From positions 9,652 through 73,651 of the forward strand of contig JAZNAK010000030.1 in the NCBI GenBank assembly GCA_045586485.1: DNA of 64,000 nt, given 5' to 3'. Below are positions 47,065-58,695 of this stretch, one piece after another. A model generated the notes under the pieces. It saw nothing but the letters and a program-made list of their open reading frames with translations. It ran no database searches and had not been told where the DNA came from. The position numbers were made by a program, and so were the translations under genes. Position 1 is the stretch's first letter. The number at the start of each line of letters is the position of its first letter. This DNA is from Faecousia sp. GTDB taxonomy: Bacteria > Bacillota > Clostridia > Oscillospirales > Oscillospiraceae.

Positions 47065-48048
47065 TCAACCTCCTGTTGCCATCAGAGAATCCAGGGGCAG
47101 CAGCATCTGCACATCAGAGCTGCCGGCGGTGTTGATATACAGCTTCACACCGGGCAGGATCTCGGAAATGGCCTCATAGTACATCCGGGAGCGGGTGATC
47201 TCCGGATTTTGGATATATTCGGAATACATAGCCTGGAACATGGCCACCTGCTGGTGGGCCTCATTGATCCGGTTTTGCTTCAGATACTGGGCGTTTTGGA
47301 TCAATTTGTCCGCCTCGGCCTGCGCCTGGGGCAGCTGAGCATTCTGGTAGGCCTTGGCATCGTTGACCACAGTCTCTGCCTGCTGCTTTGCGGTCTCAAC
47401 CGCCTTGAAAGCCTCAATAACTGCCTGGGTGGGCGGCTCGGAGTCCTGGATCTTCACATCCACAAGGGTCAGACCGATGTTGTATTCGTTCAGGATCTGG
47501 GTCACCAGTTCCTTCACCTGCATCTGAATGCTCTCCTTACCGTCGGTAAGCACCGCATCCACGCTGGAAGAGCCCACCACATTGCGGATCTGGCTCTGAA
47601 TCAGGTTTCGCAGGATCTCCTCCGGCGTGGTGGAGGCAAACAGGTACGCCACAGGATCGGAGATCTTGTATTCCACGAAGAAATCGATGTTGACAATGTT
47701 ATAGTCGCCGGTGATCATCATGCTTTCTTCCGTATTGACCAGGTAGCTGTCCTTGCCGTTGCTCCGGTAGCCCAGTTCGATCTTCTGATAGACATTCACA
47801 TCCACCTTTTTGGCCTTTTGGATGCCAAAGGGCAGTTTGAAGTGGACGCCTGCGTCAGTGACATCCGTCACTTTGCCAAAGGTGGTCACCACTGCCTGCT
47901 GCTTGTCGTCAACGGTATAAAAACAGGTGGATACCGTAATAATCAAGACCAGTACTGCCAGCGCAGCAATGGCAATATTGCGGATTTTCTTTCCGTTCAC
48001 GGGTTTGTCGGGTCTGCCGTTGGGGACCCATCTGTAATTTTGCTCCAT
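47065..48048 (-). CDS. hflK: FtsH protease modulator HflK
   Basis: GVHFKLPFGI, MITGDYNIV, QDSEPP, ITRSRMYYE. Confidence 0.9.
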   Translation of the reverse strand: MEQNYRWVPNGRPDKPVNGKKIRNIAIAALAVLVLIITVSTCFYTVDDKQQAVVTTFGKVTDVTDAGVHFKLPFGIQKAKKVDVNVYQKIELGYRSNGKDSYLVNTEESMMITGDYNIVNIDFFVEYKISDPVAYLFASTTPEEILRNLIQSQIRNVVGSSSVDAVLTDGKESIQMQVKELVTQILNEYNIGLTLVDVKIQDSEPPTQAVIEAFKAVETAKQQAETVVNDAKAYQNAQLPQAQAEADKLIQNAQYLKQNRINEAHQQVAMFQAMYSEYIQNPEITRSRMYYEAISEILPGVKLYINTAGSSDVQMLLPLDSLMATGG

Positions 48049-48069
48049 TTTTCGAATCATTCCTTTCTT

Positions 48070-48621
48070 TTATTGTAAATCAAGAAGCATTTTTTCCGTT
48101 TTCTGGGTCATACGGGCGGCAATCCATGCGGTGAGCATGATCCGCAACGCCTTTTTTACCCGCTCCTTGGCGCCGGGGACCGGCTCTGTGTACCCCTCCA
48201 TCTCTGCCTCCAGTGCCGCAAGCTGGGCTTCCGGAGTGTAGAGGTCTCTTAACCGGGCCGCAAGACGGACAAATATGAAGTACAGCTGAGAATCGTCGAT
48301 GGTATCGTCACTTTCGTCATTCAGCTGGCCATTCACATAGCCCAGCAGGCTGCAAATCCGTTCCAAAGGCAACACGCTTTTGAGCATGTTGATATGGATG
48401 ATCCGGCAGAGCTGCCGCATGGTATAGCGTTTGTTCACCGGTGGGGTGAGGAAACCGCGCTTGACCCAGTTTTGGATGGTATAGCTCTCCAGGCCGGTGA
48501 TAGCGGCGACCTGACTGAGCACCATGCCCCCGGGGATAAACATGGCGCGGAACTGCTCTTCAATGTGCTTTGCGTCCTCGCGAGGGGCGGTGAGTACAGT
48601 TCCGGGTATGGTCCAGTTCAT
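48070..48621 (-). CDS. DUF1836 (HTH-like) protein
   Basis: LSQV..ITG...IQNWVKRG...PP..KRY, NMLK. Confidence 0.8.
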   Translation of the reverse strand: MNWTIPGTVLTAPREDAKHIEEQFRAMFIPGGMVLSQVAAITGLESYTIQNWVKRGFLTPPVNKRYTMRQLCRIIHINMLKSVLPLERICSLLGYVNGQLNDESDDTIDDSQLYFIFVRLAARLRDLYTPEAQLAALEAEMEGYTEPVPGAKERVKKALRIMLTAWIAARMTQKTEKMLLDLQ

Positions 48622-48818
48622 TTTGTATCACTCCTCTATAGATTTGTGGTACTGTGATAATATCATATGGTTAGCTGATTGTCAATAGGGATTTTGTGAT
48701 TTTTTCAAAAAGGGGTTATTTTTTATGTTTACCTCTTTACGGCGGCAAAAAAGTGGTGTACAATGTAAGAAACTATACTGGCGCGGTATGGGATTTGCAC
48801 AGAACAGGAGGTCAGGTT

Positions 48819-49160
48819 ATGAATTGCTTAAAATGCGGCAAGGAAACCAAAAACGAGCAGGTGTTCTGCCAGGATTGTATTGACTCCATGGAAGCTTATC
48901 CCGTAAAGCCCAATGTCCACATTCAGCTGCCCAACCGGCACTCCCCCGCCGCACCGAAGAAGGGTTCTCGCAGAAAGCGGGGCATGACGGTAGACGAGCA
49001 GGTTGTCTTATTGAAGAAGAATGTACACCGTCTGACGGCGTTGTCCCTCGTTCTGGCGCTGCTGCTCAGTTTTGCCTGCGCCATACTGGTCCACGACAGC
49101 CTGCGGCAGGCAGAGGACACTGTAGGCAAGAACTACACCTACAGCCGCACTTTGGACTGA
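48819..49160 (+). CDS. hypothetical Zn-ribbon membrane protein
   Basis: MNCLKCG...FCQDC, C-terminal TM; AGGAGG RBS. Confidence 0.75.
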   Translation: MNCLKCGKETKNEQVFCQDCIDSMEAYPVKPNVHIQLPNRHSPAAPKKGSRRKRGMTVDEQVVLLKKNVHRLTALSLVLALLLSFACAILVHDSLRQAEDTVGKNYTYSRTLD

Positions 49161-49161
49161 T

Positions 49162-49177
49162 TGTTTCACGTGAAACA
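49162..49177. promoter_or_regulatory. parS centromere site 1
   Basis: perfect TGTTTCACGTGAAACA. Confidence 0.95.
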
Positions 49178-49201
49178 ATCGACAAAGGGCTTCAGACATT
49201 T

Positions 49202-49217
49202 TGTTTCACGTGAAACA
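49202..49217. promoter_or_regulatory. parS centromere site 2
   Basis: perfect TGTTTCACGTGAAACA. Confidence 0.95.
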
Positions 49218-49239
49218 TTTAACAGAAAGGAATGGTGCT

Positions 49240-49995
49240 ATGGCTAAGATCATCGCTGTGGTCAATCAAAAAGGTGGCGTAGGCAAAACCACAACTGCCG
49301 TCAACCTCACCGCCGCCCTCACCGATATGGGCAAGCAGGTGCTCCTTTGCGACTTTGATCCCCAGGCCAACGCCACATCCGGTCTGGGCGTGGACAAGCG
49401 GAAGGTGCACAATAGTGTGTATGATGTGGTTGTAAACGATATTCCCACCGCGCAGGCCGTCGTACACACCAAGTTTGGTGATGTCCTGCCTGCTACTGCT
49501 GACCTTGCTGGAGCCGGCGTGGAGCTGATCACCATGGAAAACCCCAGCCAGCGGCTGAAAGAGGCACTATCCCAAATCAAAGACGAATATGATGTGATTT
49601 TTATCGACTGTCCCCCTTCGCTGGAAATGCTCACGCTGAACTCCCTGGCGGCAGCAGACAGTATCTTAGTGCCGGTACAATGCGAATACTACGCATTGGA
49701 AGGGCTTACCGATCTGATGAATACCCTCAGAATGGTAAAAAAGCGCATTAACCCCGCTTTGGAGATCTTTGGTGTGGTACTGACGATGTTTGACGGCCGT
49801 ACCAATTTCTCTAATCAGGTGGCCCAGGAAGTACGGCGGCATTTCCCCGGCAAGGTGTTTGCCACCGTGATCCCCCGAAATGTCCGCCTCGCGGAAGCGC
49901 CCAGCCACGGCTTGCCTGTGACGGTATATGACCGGCTCAGCCGGGGCGCAGTGGCCTATCGCGAGATCGCAAAAGAAATGCACGAGAAACTCTGA
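49240..49995 (+). CDS. parA: chromosome partitioning ATPase Soj/ParA
   Basis: NQKGGVGKTT, DPQANAT, DCPPSL, IPRNVRLAEAPSHG. Confidence 0.96.
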   Translation: MAKIIAVVNQKGGVGKTTTAVNLTAALTDMGKQVLLCDFDPQANATSGLGVDKRKVHNSVYDVVVNDIPTAQAVVHTKFGDVLPATADLAGAGVELITMENPSQRLKEALSQIKDEYDVIFIDCPPSLEMLTLNSLAAADSILVPVQCEYYALEGLTDLMNTLRMVKKRINPALEIFGVVLTMFDGRTNFSNQVAQEVRRHFPGKVFATVIPRNVRLAEAPSHGLPVTVYDRLSRGAVAYREIAKEMHEKL

Positions 49996-50009
49996 AAGAG
50001 GTGAACGCA

Positions 50010-50864
50010 ATGGCAAAAGGCTTAGGCAAAGGTCTTGGGGCGCTTATGGGGGATTTCCACGAGGAATCCCCGCAGAAAAGTCCCTATCAGCTTCTGCCCC
50101 TGCACAAAGTAGAACCCAATCCCCATCAGCCCCGCAGGGATTTTGATCCCGAGGAATTGCAGTCATTGGCGGAATCCATCGCCCTTCACGGGGTGGTGCA
50201 GCCGTTGACCGTGCGGGAAATGGAGAACGGATACTATCAGATTATCGCCGGCGAGCGCCGCTGGCGTGCGGCACGGATCGCCGAACTCCGGGAGATCCCC
50301 GCGGTGATCATCGAAGCCGATAACAAAAAGGTCATGGAATTGGCCCTGATCGAAAACCTCCAGCGCCAGGACTTAAATCCTGTGGAAGAAGCCCTTGGAT
50401 ACCAGACGCTCATGGACGAATACGGTCTTACCCAGGAGGAGACCGCAAGCCGCGTGGGCAAATCCCGCCCTGCGGTTGCCAATATGCTCCGGCTGCTGGC
50501 CCTTTGTCCCGAGGTGTTGGATATGGTCCGCACCGGCAAGCTCTCCGCCGGACACGCCAGGGCCGTTGTGGCGCTGAAGACCGATAAACTGCAAAAAGAG
50601 GCCGCCCAAAAGATCTCCGCCCTGGGACTTTCCGTCCGGCAGGCAGAACTTCTGTGCAAAAACCTTCAAAGGGATCCCGAGCCTAAGGTCAATGTATCTT
50701 TGGCGGTGGATTATGTGGCTGAATGCGAGAAAAAACTCTCGAAACATCTCGGCAGGAAGGTAAAAATCGTCACAGGCAAGCGCAAAGGCCGCTTTGAGTT
50801 GGAGTTTTATGACCAGGATGACCTGCAGGTCCTCTACGACGCCCTGCTGAAGCTGCAAAAATAA
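50010..50864 (+). CDS. parB: chromosome partitioning protein Spo0J/ParB
   Basis: GLGKGLGAL, QPRR, AGERRWRA, ENLQR. Confidence 0.96.
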   Translation: MAKGLGKGLGALMGDFHEESPQKSPYQLLPLHKVEPNPHQPRRDFDPEELQSLAESIALHGVVQPLTVREMENGYYQIIAGERRWRAARIAELREIPAVIIEADNKKVMELALIENLQRQDLNPVEEALGYQTLMDEYGLTQEETASRVGKSRPAVANMLRLLALCPEVLDMVRTGKLSAGHARAVVALKTDKLQKEAAQKISALGLSVRQAELLCKNLQRDPEPKVNVSLAVDYVAECEKKLSKHLGRKVKIVTGKRKGRFELEFYDQDDLQVLYDALLKLQK

Positions 50865-50873
50865 GGAGGCAAT

Positions 50874-51077
50874 ATGGAAAAGAAGCTGTATAAAGCAAAC
50901 AAAGGCAAGATTTTTGACGGCGTTTGCGCCGGAATGGCCAAGTATATGAATCTCGACCCCACCGTAGTCCGCTTGATCTGGGCGCTGATGACCCTGTTTG
51001 GCGGTTGCGGCCTGCTGGCCTATATCGTCTGTATTTTTATCATTCCCCGGGAGCCGGACCTGATTGACCAACCCTAA
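50874..51077 (+). CDS. PspC domain protein
   Basis: GVCAGMA.Y...DPTVVRL, AYIV...IIP. Confidence 0.88.
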   Translation: MEKKLYKANKGKIFDGVCAGMAKYMNLDPTVVRLIWALMTLFGGCGLLAYIVCIFIIPREPDLIDQP

Positions 51078-51105
51078 TTATAATGAAGGATAAGAGGAAA
51101 GTGTT

Positions 51106-52437
51106 ATGTTAGACATTCGTAAGATCAAGGAGAATCCCGATGCAGTCAAGGCCGGTCTGAAGGCCAAGGAAGTGGACTGCGATGCCGTGGTGGACAAGAT
51201 CCTGGAGCTGGACGAGAAGATCCGGGCTCTGAAGACCTCCACCGAGACCCAAACCGCTCAGAAAAACAAGCTGAGCAAGGAAAACGGCGGTCTGTTCGGC
51301 CGGAAGAAGGCCGCGGAAAAAAAGGGCGAGGACACCTCCGCCATCGACGCTCAGATCGCCGAGAACTCTGCCAAGAGTGTAGCGCTGGACAAGGCCATCG
51401 AGAACGAAGCCGCTGAGCTAAAGGTCCTCTCCGACGAGTTCCGGGTGGCTATGCTTAGCCTGCCCAACCTGCCCGACGGCGATCTTCTCCCGGGAGGAAA
51501 GGAAAACAACGAGCCTCTGCGCTATATCGGCAACAAACCCAGCTTCGATTTTGAGCCCAAGCACCATGTGGATCTTTGCACCGACCTGGGCCTCATCGAC
51601 TATGAGCGGGGCGTCAAGCTGGCCGGTGCCGGCAACTGGATGTACACCGGCATGGGCGCACGGCTGGAATGGGCGCTGCTGAACTACTTCATCGACACCC
51701 ACACCGCTGACGGCTACGACTTTATTCTGCCGCCCCACATGCTGGAATACCAGTGCGGTGAGACCGCCGGTCAGTTCCCCAAGTTTGCCGACGAGGTCTA
51801 CAAGATCGCAAACCCCACCGACGACCGCACCCACTATATGCTTCCCACCGCAGAGGCCGCCCTTTGCTCCGTTTACCGGGACGAGATCCTGTCCGAGGCC
51901 GATCTGCCCAAGAAGTTCTTTGCTTACACCCCCTGCTTCCGCCGGGAAGCCGGTTCTCACCGGGCAGACGAGCGGGGCATGGTCCGCGGTCACCAATTTA
52001 ATAAGGTAGAGATGTTCCAGTTCTGCAAGCCCGAAGATTCCGACGCTGCCTTTGACGAGCTGGTCACCAAGGCCGAAAAGCTGGTGGAAGGACTGGGTTT
52101 CCACTTCCGCACCGTCAAGCTGGCCGCCGGCGACTGCTCCGCATCCATGGCAAGAACCTACGACATCGAGATCCTGATCCCCTCCATGGACGGCTACAAG
52201 GAAGTCTCCTCCGTGTCCAACGCAAGAGATTACCAGGCCCGCCGCGGCAACATCCGCTTCCGCAGAGAAGCCACCGGCAAGCCCGAGTTCCTGCACACGC
52301 TGAACGGCTCCGGCCTGGCCACCTCCCGGATCTTCCCGGCGCTGGTGGAGCAGAATCAGCGCGCTGACGGCTCCATCGTTGTGCCGGAGGTGCTCCGCAA
52401 GTATCTGGGCGGCCTGGAAATTATCGAGAAAAAGTAA
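51106..52437 (+). CDS. serS: serine--tRNA ligase
   Basis: PTAE, CFRREAG, HQFNKVE, EVSS, LNGSGLA. Confidence 0.96.
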   Translation: MLDIRKIKENPDAVKAGLKAKEVDCDAVVDKILELDEKIRALKTSTETQTAQKNKLSKENGGLFGRKKAAEKKGEDTSAIDAQIAENSAKSVALDKAIENEAAELKVLSDEFRVAMLSLPNLPDGDLLPGGKENNEPLRYIGNKPSFDFEPKHHVDLCTDLGLIDYERGVKLAGAGNWMYTGMGARLEWALLNYFIDTHTADGYDFILPPHMLEYQCGETAGQFPKFADEVYKIANPTDDRTHYMLPTAEAALCSVYRDEILSEADLPKKFFAYTPCFRREAGSHRADERGMVRGHQFNKVEMFQFCKPEDSDAAFDELVTKAEKLVEGLGFHFRTVKLAAGDCSASMARTYDIEILIPSMDGYKEVSSVSNARDYQARRGNIRFRREATGKPEFLHTLNGSGLATSRIFPALVEQNQRADGSIVVPEVLRKYLGGLEIIEKK

Positions 52438-52476
52438 AAATTAAAAATATTATGTAAACCAACAGGAGGAATCATC

Positions 52477-52971
52477 ATGAAGAAAATCAATAAGCCCTCG
52501 TGGTTCGAAGAGTTCAAGGCTTTTGCCGTCAAGGGCAACGCCATGGCGCTGGCTGTCGGTACTATCATCGGCGGCGCATTCTCCACCATCACCAAGAGCC
52601 TGACTGACGACCTGATCATGCCCATCGTGAATATTTTCCTGGGCGGCGCAGATTTCAGCGGCGCTAAGATCAAGCTGCCCCGTATGCCTTGGGTGGAGCC
52701 CAAGTTTGAGACCATTGTCGACGCCAACGGCGAAGAAGTGGTGCAGGAAGTGTTCAACTATCTGACCTACGGCAATTTCATCTCCGCCGTTATCAACTTC
52801 CTCATTCTGGCACTGGTAGTCTTCTGGCTGGTCAAGGGCCTGAACAAGCTGGCAGAGGCCGGCAAGAAGAAGGAAGAGGAAGCCGCAGCCGCAGAGCCCC
52901 CCGCACCTCCCGCACCCTCTGCCGAGGAAGTGCTGCTGACTGAGATCCGCGACCTGCTGAAGGAGAAATAA
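52477..52971 (+). CDS. mscL: large-conductance mechanosensitive channel
   Basis: EEFKAFAVKGN, YGNFI, LLTEIRDLL. Confidence 0.94.
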   Translation: MKKINKPSWFEEFKAFAVKGNAMALAVGTIIGGAFSTITKSLTDDLIMPIVNIFLGGADFSGAKIKLPRMPWVEPKFETIVDANGEEVVQEVFNYLTYGNFISAVINFLILALVVFWLVKGLNKLAEAGKKKEEEAAAAEPPAPPAPSAEEVLLTEIRDLLKEK

Positions 52972-52974
52972 GGC

Positions 52975-53469
52975 ATGTGCAAGCGTGCTTTGTCGCTGCT
53001 GTGTGTGGCCCTTTGCCTGTGTCTGCTGGCCGGCTGCGCCGACCCGGTGGGTAAAACGGTCATCTGCAAGGATGTAAGTGTCACCTTTGCCGCAGACTAT
53101 CTGGATCTGTCAGGGGAGAGCTATGCCCGGGACGCGGATCTGTTCTACGGCCGGGGCACACTGATCGCGATGGCCCTTGCAGAGGCAAAATCCGACCTGA
53201 AAACGATGACTTTAGAGGAATACACCGCCTTTGTCATCAGCGGCAACGGCCTTGACTGCACTCCCGTGGCCTACGGCGCCGGCTACCGCTTCTCTTATCT
53301 CTCGCCGGTGGGGGACACCACCTATGCCTACACCACCGCTACTTTCGAGACCGAAAGCAATTTCTGGATCTTCCAGCTTTATTGTCCCAGCGAAAATCTC
53401 ACGGAAAACTCCGGTGAGATCGACATTATCCTGCAGAGCATTCAGCCATATTCCCCCAAAAGGAATTGA
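52975..53469 (+). CDS. hypothetical lipoprotein
   Basis: LLAGC lipobox. Confidence 0.72.
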   Translation: MCKRALSLLCVALCLCLLAGCADPVGKTVICKDVSVTFAADYLDLSGESYARDADLFYGRGTLIAMALAEAKSDLKTMTLEEYTAFVISGNGLDCTPVAYGAGYRFSYLSPVGDTTYAYTTATFETESNFWIFQLYCPSENLTENSGEIDIILQSIQPYSPKRN

Positions 53470-53532
53470 CATTTTACCCTTTCCAAATTACAATACTATG
53501 GATATTTCTCCAATAAAAGGATGGATGTTGCC

Positions 53533-54387
53533 ATGTTTAGAATCGCAAAGAAGAAAGAACTCAACCCCAGTGTCATTCTGATGGAGATCGAAGCTCCCTT
53601 CATCGCAAAGAAGGCTCAGGCCGGTCAGTTCATCATCTTCCGCATCGACGAGAAGGGTGAACGGGTCCCCCTGACCATCGCCGGCTATGACCGGGAGAAG
53701 GGCACTGTCACCATCATTTTCCAGAAGGTCGGCTTTGCCACCAATGCTCTCGGCCAGCTGAACGAGGGCGATTACATCCGGGATTTCGTAGGCCCTCTGG
53801 GCAAGCCCACCCCCGTGGAAGGCAAGAAGAAGGTCTGTGTGGTCGGCGGCGGCGTAGGCTGCGCCATCGCGCTGCCCTCTGCCAAGGGCTTTAAGGACGC
53901 CGGCGCGGAAGTGACCGTCATTGTCGGCTTCCGCAGCAAGGATATCGTCATTTTGGAAGAGGAGTTTAAGGCTGTTGCCGACAACTTTATCCTCATGACC
54001 GACGACGGCTCCTACGGCCGCCACGGTCTGGTCACCGTTGCCCTCCAGGAGCTGCTGGAAAAGGGCGAGCAGTTTGACGAAGTGCTGGCCATCGGACCGA
54101 TCCCCATGATGAAGTTTGTCTGCAAGACCACCGAGCCCTTCGGCGTACATACTTCCGTGTCCCTGAACCCCATTATGGTGGACGGCACCGGTATGTGCGG
54201 CGGCTGCCGTGTCACCGTTGGCGGCGAGACCAAGTTCGCCTGCGTGGATGGCCCCGAGTTTGACGGCCACAAGGTGGATTTTGCCGAGCTTATGAGCCGC
54301 AACAGCCTGTATAAGGGCCGTGAGGCTGAAGTGTCCGAAAAACACACCTGCCGCATTGAAAAAATGGGCAAGGACCTGATCAAATAA
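53533..54387 (+). CDS. nfnA: NfnA-like ferredoxin:NADP+ oxidoreductase small subunit
   Basis: GERVPLTIA, GPLG, GGGVG, MVDGTGMCGGCRV, ACVDGPEF; upstream TTGACA-17-TACAAT promoter. Confidence 0.88.
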   Translation: MFRIAKKKELNPSVILMEIEAPFIAKKAQAGQFIIFRIDEKGERVPLTIAGYDREKGTVTIIFQKVGFATNALGQLNEGDYIRDFVGPLGKPTPVEGKKKVCVVGGGVGCAIALPSAKGFKDAGAEVTVIVGFRSKDIVILEEEFKAVADNFILMTDDGSYGRHGLVTVALQELLEKGEQFDEVLAIGPIPMMKFVCKTTEPFGVHTSVSLNPIMVDGTGMCGGCRVTVGGETKFACVDGPEFDGHKVDFAELMSRNSLYKGREAEVSEKHTCRIEKMGKDLIK

Positions 54388-54401
54388 GGAGGAAATGCAA
54401 A

Positions 54402-55784
54402 ATGGCAAATATGACTCTGGTAAAAACCCCCATGCCTGAGCAGGACCCCAAGGTTCGTGCCCGGAACTTTAAGGAAGTCACCCTTGGCTACACCGCCGAA
54501 ATGGCCATTGAAGAGGCCGGCCGGTGCTTAAAGTGCAAGAATCCCAAATGCGTGGAAGGCTGTCCCGTGAATGTCCGCATCCCCGAGTTCATCGGCAAGG
54601 TGGCTGAGGGCGATTTCAAGGCCGCTTACGAGATCATCACCTCCACCAACGCCCTGCCCGCTCTGTCCGGCAGAGTTTGTCCCCAGGAGACCCAGTGCGA
54701 AGCCAAGTGCGTCCGTGGCATCAAGGGTGAGCCCGTTGCCATCGGCCGTCTGGAGCGCTTTGTTGCTGACTGGTACCGGGAAAACATCAACGCTATGCCC
54801 GAAAAGGCAGAGAGCAACGGCAAGAAGGTCGCCGTGGTCGGCTCCGGCCCTGCCGGTATGACCTGCGCCTCTGACCTGGCTAAGCGGGGCTACGAGGTGA
54901 CCATGTTTGAGGCCCTCCACACCGCCGGCGGCGTGCTGGTCTACGGCATCCCCGAGTTCCGTCTGCCCAAGGCCATCGTGGCCAATGAGATCACCAAGCT
55001 GGAAGCCCAGGGCGTGAAGGTGATGACCAATATGGTCATCGGCCGGGTCCTCACCATCGACGAGCTGTTCGAGATGGGCTTCAAGGCTGTGTTCGTGGGC
55101 AGCGGCGCAGGCCTGCCCATGTTTATGAACATCCCCGGCGAGGCTCTGAAGGGCGTTATGTCCGCAAACGAATACCTGACCCGTACCAACCTGATGAAGG
55201 CTTACGACGAAGATTACGATACCCCCATTGTCAAGTCCAAGGCCGTGGCCGTAGTCGGCGGCGGCAATGTGGCAATGGACGCCGCCCGCTGCGCTATGCG
55301 TCTGGGCGCCGAGAAGGTCTATGTGGTCTACCGCCGCGGCGAGGCTGAGATGCCTGCCCGTCTGGAAGAACAGCATCACGCCAAGGAAGAGGGCATTGAG
55401 TTCAAGACTCTGTGCAACCCCACTTCCATCATCGGCGACGAAAACGGCCGTGTCTGCGGTATGAACTGCATCCGCATGGAGCTGGGTGAGCCGGACGCCT
55501 CCGGCCGCCGCCGTCCCATCGAGATCCCCGGCAGCGAGTTTGTGCTGGATGTGGACACCGTCATTATGTCCCTGGGTACCAGCCCCAACCCCCTGATCCG
55601 CGCCACTACTCCCGGCCTTGACACCAACCGCAAGGGCTGTCTGATCGTGAACGAGGACGAAATGACCTCCCGCGACGGCGTGTTCGCCGGCGGTGACGCA
55701 GTCACCGGCGCGGCAACAGTCATTCTGGCAATGGGCGCCGGCAAGAAGGCTGCCGCCTCCATCGACGCCTACCTGAGCAAGTAA
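54402..55784 (+). CDS. nfnB: NfnB / GltD-like large subunit
   Basis: RCLKC..CVEGCPV, GRVCPQE.QCE, GSGPAG, GGGNVAMD. Confidence 0.88.
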   Translation: MANMTLVKTPMPEQDPKVRARNFKEVTLGYTAEMAIEEAGRCLKCKNPKCVEGCPVNVRIPEFIGKVAEGDFKAAYEIITSTNALPALSGRVCPQETQCEAKCVRGIKGEPVAIGRLERFVADWYRENINAMPEKAESNGKKVAVVGSGPAGMTCASDLAKRGYEVTMFEALHTAGGVLVYGIPEFRLPKAIVANEITKLEAQGVKVMTNMVIGRVLTIDELFEMGFKAVFVGSGAGLPMFMNIPGEALKGVMSANEYLTRTNLMKAYDEDYDTPIVKSKAVAVVGGGNVAMDAARCAMRLGAEKVYVVYRRGEAEMPARLEEQHHAKEEGIEFKTLCNPTSIIGDENGRVCGMNCIRMELGEPDASGRRRPIEIPGSEFVLDVDTVIMSLGTSPNPLIRATTPGLDTNRKGCLIVNEDEMTSRDGVFAGGDAVTGAATVILAMGAGKKAAASIDAYLSK

Positions 55785-55828
55785 ATCTCATAAAAAACCC
55801 CCGGATGGTCATCATCCGGGGGGATTTT

Positions 55829-56635
55829 TTATAATTGCTGCCAAAGCCAGGGCAGCTCTTTTTCGAACTCGCCCCCAAAGGGGGTCTTTTCCGGGGTGCT
55901 GTCCAATACCCGCTCTACAAACTTCGCCGCCAGCTCTCCGGCCTCCACGGGGTCTTTTCCCAGGACATAAGCGCCGGCAAACACCGCGCTGAACATATCC
56001 CCCGTGCCGTGGAGATTTCTTTCCCGCCGGGCTGATCGGTAGGAGAACAACCCCTCGTCCTTCATCAGACCGGCAAAACCGGTGTGCTCCGAGTCGGGGT
56101 TCGTGCCGGTGACGATGACGGTCTTCGTCTTCATTCTGCACAGCTTTTCCATCAGCATCCGCAGGTACTGGCCATCGGTCTGCTCCTGGTAGGGTGTTTC
56201 CGTCAGAAGCGCCGCTTCCGTCACATTGGGAAGCACCACCTCCGCCATGGAGGCCAGGTCTGCCATGGCTGCCACATGCTCTTCGGTAATGCCGCTATAG
56301 AGTTTTCCGCCGTCGCCCATGGCCGGATCCAGGATCACCGGGCAGTCAAACGCCAGCATCAGCTCCAGCACCGCCTCCGCCTGCTCCGGGTCGGACAGAT
56401 ATCCTACCAAAATGGCATCAAACGACGCGCCAACGGAGAGTAAATGCTCGCAGATGGGGGCGATCTCCGCCGTTAAGCTGCGGGTATGGGGATTGGGGAA
56501 TCCCGTATGGGTGGAGAGGACTGCCGTGGGCAGCACGGAGCAGTTGATCCCCATGGCCGAGAGGATCGGCTGGGCCACCGTCAGGCTGCACCGTCCCACG
56601 CAGGACAGATCCTGCACCGTTAAAATCCGTTTCAT
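55829..56635 (-). CDS. pdxK: pyridoxal/pyridoxamine kinase
   Basis: QDLSCVGRCSL, PTAVLSTHTG, DPAMGD, PNVTEA, GTGD. Confidence 0.88.
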   Translation of the reverse strand: MKRILTVQDLSCVGRCSLTVAQPILSAMGINCSVLPTAVLSTHTGFPNPHTRSLTAEIAPICEHLLSVGASFDAILVGYLSDPEQAEAVLELMLAFDCPVILDPAMGDGGKLYSGITEEHVAAMADLASMAEVVLPNVTEAALLTETPYQEQTDGQYLRMLMEKLCRMKTKTVIVTGTNPDSEHTGFAGLMKDEGLFSYRSARRERNLHGTGDMFSAVFAGAYVLGKDPVEAGELAAKFVERVLDSTPEKTPFGGEFEKELPWLWQQL

Positions 56636-56638
56636 TGC

Positions 56639-58471
<1,833 letters not shown>

Positions 58472-58695
58472 CGCGCAAGCGCCTTCTTTCTCAAATGATA
58501 TGTCTTTTGTCCATGATTTCCTAATTTTACACTATAACACTACATCCGGGAAATTGCAATCGCATTGGGCAATTTTTACGATTTTTCCCCAGGTATTTCA
58601 AGGTTTTTCTCCTTGAAATGGCAGGTCTGCTATGGTATGATAAAAGACACATTATATACTTTCCCGCCGTTCATAACAGATAGGAGGTAATCCCC

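Noticed and set aside
54402-55784. Glutamate synthase small subunit
   Set aside because: No gltB nearby, and it is paired with an NfnA-type gene, so NfnAB transhydrogenase fits better.
58600-58695. Purine riboswitch upstream of guaB
   Set aside because: The leader after the promoter is only ~50 nt and lacks the purine aptamer consensus.
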